IMG/VR virus record: IMGVR_UViG_3300008267_000028
From: an uncultured virus (IMG/VR IMGVR_UViG_3300008267_000028)
Taxonomy: Duplodnaviria; Heunggongvirae; Uroviricota; Caudoviricetes
Reading direction: 5' to 3' (one strand)
Length of the DNA: 64,000 bases
The notes under the pieces are model-generated. The model worked only from the letters and a program-made list of their open reading frames with translations. It was not told where the DNA came from and did no database searches. Made by a program: the position numbers and the translations under genes. Within the stretch, counting starts at the first letter, position 1; the number at the start of each line of letters is the position of its first letter. Shown here piece after piece: positions 62,268-64,000 of this stretch.

Positions 62268-62392
62268 TTCGGCCACCCCTCACTTCCTAGTAGGGGCAGG
62301 ACGGAAAAACAACCGTAGGTTTTTCGCTCCCCGGTGTAAGAGGGGGGCAGCCACTCAAACTGCACCACACACGCACTACACGGAGGTCTGCT

Positions 62393-63370
62393 ATGGCACA
62401 CGAGATCGAGATTCAGAACGGCAAGGCCAACGCCTTCTTCGTCGGGGAGCCTGCTTGGCACAAGCTGGGCAAGGTGTTCGCGGAGGGGACCGTGCTGGAC
62501 ATCCCCACCGCCATCGAGGCGGCGGGCCTCAACTGGAACGTGCGGCTCCAGCCCCTCCACATGGTGTACGACGGCGAGAATCTGCCGGTGCCGGGCTACG
62601 CCACCGTCCGCGACTCGGACAAGTCGGTGCTGGGCGTCGTCGGCCCCACCTACAAGCCCCTCCAGAACGCCGATGCGTTCAACTGGTTCCAGCCCTTCCT
62701 CGACGCCAACGAGGCGACCCTTGAGGCGGCTGGCAGCCTGCGGGGCGGCAAGCGGGTCTGGGTGCTGGCCCGCCTCAACCGTGACCCCATCGAGGTTGTG
62801 AAGGGCGATGAGGTCCGCAAGTACGTCCTGCTCTCCAACGGCCACGACGGCACGCTGGCGATCAGGGCGGGCTTCTCGGGTATCCGTGTGGTGTGTGCGA
62901 ACACCCTCGCGGAGGCTCACGGCTCCTCGGCCTCGAAGCTCCTGCGGGTCCGTCACACGGCGAACGCCGTCCGCACCCTCGACGAGGTTCGGGAAGTGAT
63001 GAACCTCGCTGACCGTGAGTTCGCGGCCACCGCAGAACAGTACCGCTCGCTGGCCCGCAAGCAGGTCAACGCCTCCGACCTCAAGGCTTTCGTCCGCAAG
63101 GTCTTTGAGCCGAAGGTGCTGCTCACCGAGACGCCCGAGGAGGAGCGTAACCAGACGCTCATCAACAACATCATCCCGCTCTTTGAGAAGGGCCGTGGCA
63201 ACGACCTGCCTGGGGTCGCGGGTACCATGTGGGCCGCCTACAACGCCGTCAACGAGTACCTCGGGTACGAGCGTGGCCAGGAGGCCAACCGGCTGGACTC
63301 CATGTGGTTCGGTGACTCGGCCCGCCTCAACCAAAAGGCGTTCCAGACGGCTCTCCGCATGGCCGCCTAA
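62393..63370 (+). CDS. DUF932 (TIGR03299-like) protein
   Basis: MAHEI...PAWHKLG...AGLNW.V...YKPLQN..AF...AGSLRGGKRVW...NGHDG...RVVCANTL...RHT. Confidence 0.9.
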   Translation: MAHEIEIQNGKANAFFVGEPAWHKLGKVFAEGTVLDIPTAIEAAGLNWNVRLQPLHMVYDGENLPVPGYATVRDSDKSVLGVVGPTYKPLQNADAFNWFQPFLDANEATLEAAGSLRGGKRVWVLARLNRDPIEVVKGDEVRKYVLLSNGHDGTLAIRAGFSGIRVVCANTLAEAHGSSASKLLRVRHTANAVRTLDEVREVMNLADREFAATAEQYRSLARKQVNASDLKAFVRKVFEPKVLLTETPEEERNQTLINNIIPLFEKGRGNDLPGVAGTMWAAYNAVNEYLGYERGQEANRLDSMWFGDSARLNQKAFQTALRMAA

Positions 63371-63388
63371 GCGGTCGGTCGCACCAGA

Positions 63389-63424
63389 GGGGGCGGCGGG
63401 GAAAACCCGTCGCCCCTTTTGTTT
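63389..63424 (+). terminator. intrinsic terminator
   Basis: GGGGCGGCGGG-GAAAA-CCCGTCGCCCC followed by TTTTGTTT. Confidence 0.85.
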
Positions 63425-63475
63425 CACCAGCACACTTTTTACTGCTAGGTTGCAGCCCCCTCGCTCGGAGCCGGT

Positions 63476-64000
63476 ATGCGCCTCAAAGTTGTCGAGAAGC
63501 CCGTCGTCGCCAAACTCATCGCCCGCTCAAGGCCCATCGGCCTCACAGAGGGCTTGCTCAAGGAAGGCGAACGCATCCTCTCCAACAACTCCATCGCGGG
63601 TGCCACCCTAGACGTGCCCATCGAGGGCACCTGTCGGCCCTCCAAGACCTGCACGAAGGACTGCTACGCGGCGTACTCTCGGCAGGCCATGCCCCGTATG
63701 CTGGCCCATCAGTACAGGGTTCAGCACTCGATGGAGGCCGATCCCGTGGCGTTCGCCCAACGGGTCATGGAGGAGTATGACAGGCTCGGCCTCACCTACC
63801 TGCGTTGGAACGGTGTGGGGGACCTCTCGGAAGCCGCCGTCCAGACTATCAACTGGATCGGGCAGAACCGCCCCGATGCCACGCTGTGGGTGGTGACTCG
63901 CAAGCCCGAACTCGCCGCCAAGGTACAGCACTTCCAGAACGTCTATGTCCACTTCTCGCTCGACTCATCGAGCCTCGACAGGCGTGAGAAGTTCTTGGCC
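63476..64000 (+). CDS. GP88-like protein (runs off window end)
   Basis: Hand translation: TCRPSKTCTKDCYA...LRWNGVGDL...WVVTRK...NVYVHFSLD. Confidence 0.7.
   Translation, partial: MRLKVVEKPVVAKLIARSRPIGLTEGLLKEGERILSNNSIAGATLDVPIEGTCRPSKTCTKDCYAAYSRQAMPRMLAHQYRVQHSMEADPVAFAQRVMEEYDRLGLTYLRWNGVGDLSEAAVQTINWIGQNRPDATLWVVTRKPELAAKVQHFQNVYVHFSLDSSSLDRREKFLA

Larger units (their letters stand above)
15503..62293. promoter_or_regulatory. Dispersed class-2 bipartite element GTTGATT-N16-CCTAGTAG, 8 copies
   Basis: Minus: 15503-15533, 22539-22569, 32952-32982. Plus: 31118-31148, 33347-33377, 61510-61540, 61864-61894, 62263-62293. Confidence 0.85.
885..62347. promoter_or_regulatory. Dispersed class-1 box (C/T)GGTGTA(A/T/G)GA(G/A)GGG, ~26 copies
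   Basis: Minus-strand copies near 885, 2623, 4970, 6432, 8362, 9262, 10452, 12995, 14570, 15492, 17042, 19481, 22003, 23598, 27908, 32942 (variant), 35554, 36950, 38811, 41735, 59900. Plus-strand copies near 5016, 23648, 33003, 36969, 62332. Confidence 0.9.

Noticed and set aside
885..62347. Class-1 box as a CRISPR repeat or integron attC array
   Set aside because: Copies are short (~14 bp), irregularly spaced by whole genes, on both strands and not palindromic. No cas or integrase gene was seen.
62015..63433. 472-aa minus-strand ORF
   Set aside because: Antisense to the clear DUF932 gene; no SD or recognisable motifs.
1..64000. Alternative genetic code or tRNA genes
   Set aside because: Recognisable genes are intact in the standard code, all three stop codons are used, and no cloverleaf was recognised by eye.

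Overview
A GC-rich, gene-dense segment of a large tailed-phage genome. No rRNA, tRNA, CRISPR array or integrase was recognised, and the host cannot be determined from this window. Positions ~1-41.7 kb are mostly minus-strand, translationally coupled small hypothetical genes. Recognisable products there are an HU/IHF-like protein, an HNH endonuclease, a Zn-deaminase, a dNMP kinase, an SLT-like muramidase, a vWA protein, DUF3268 and DUF4236 proteins, and a truncated SAM-methyltransferase. Positions 41.8-59.4 kb are a plus-strand cluster of virion fibre/adhesin-like genes, ending in a 1640-aa autotransporter-repeat protein. Positions 59.5-64 kb carry DUF932 and a GP88-like gene. Five signals are not explained by these annotations. 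(1) A short tag, [PT]-x(1-2)-[WY]-x-R-L-x(1-3)-acidic-stop, ends several unrelated proteins. (2) About 26 copies of a CGGTGTAAGAGGGG box occur, 15 of them exactly 10 nt from GGTGTA to an ATG, suggesting leaderless transcription. (3) Eight copies of a second element, GTTGATT-N16-CCTAGTAG, have invariant spacing and often lie in inverted repeats. (4) A second peptide motif, RVAxR[FYW]L, marks a different protein set. (5) A perfect interleaved 8+8-bp inverted repeat sits over a start codon region. All family calls come from motifs recognised by eye, not from database searches.
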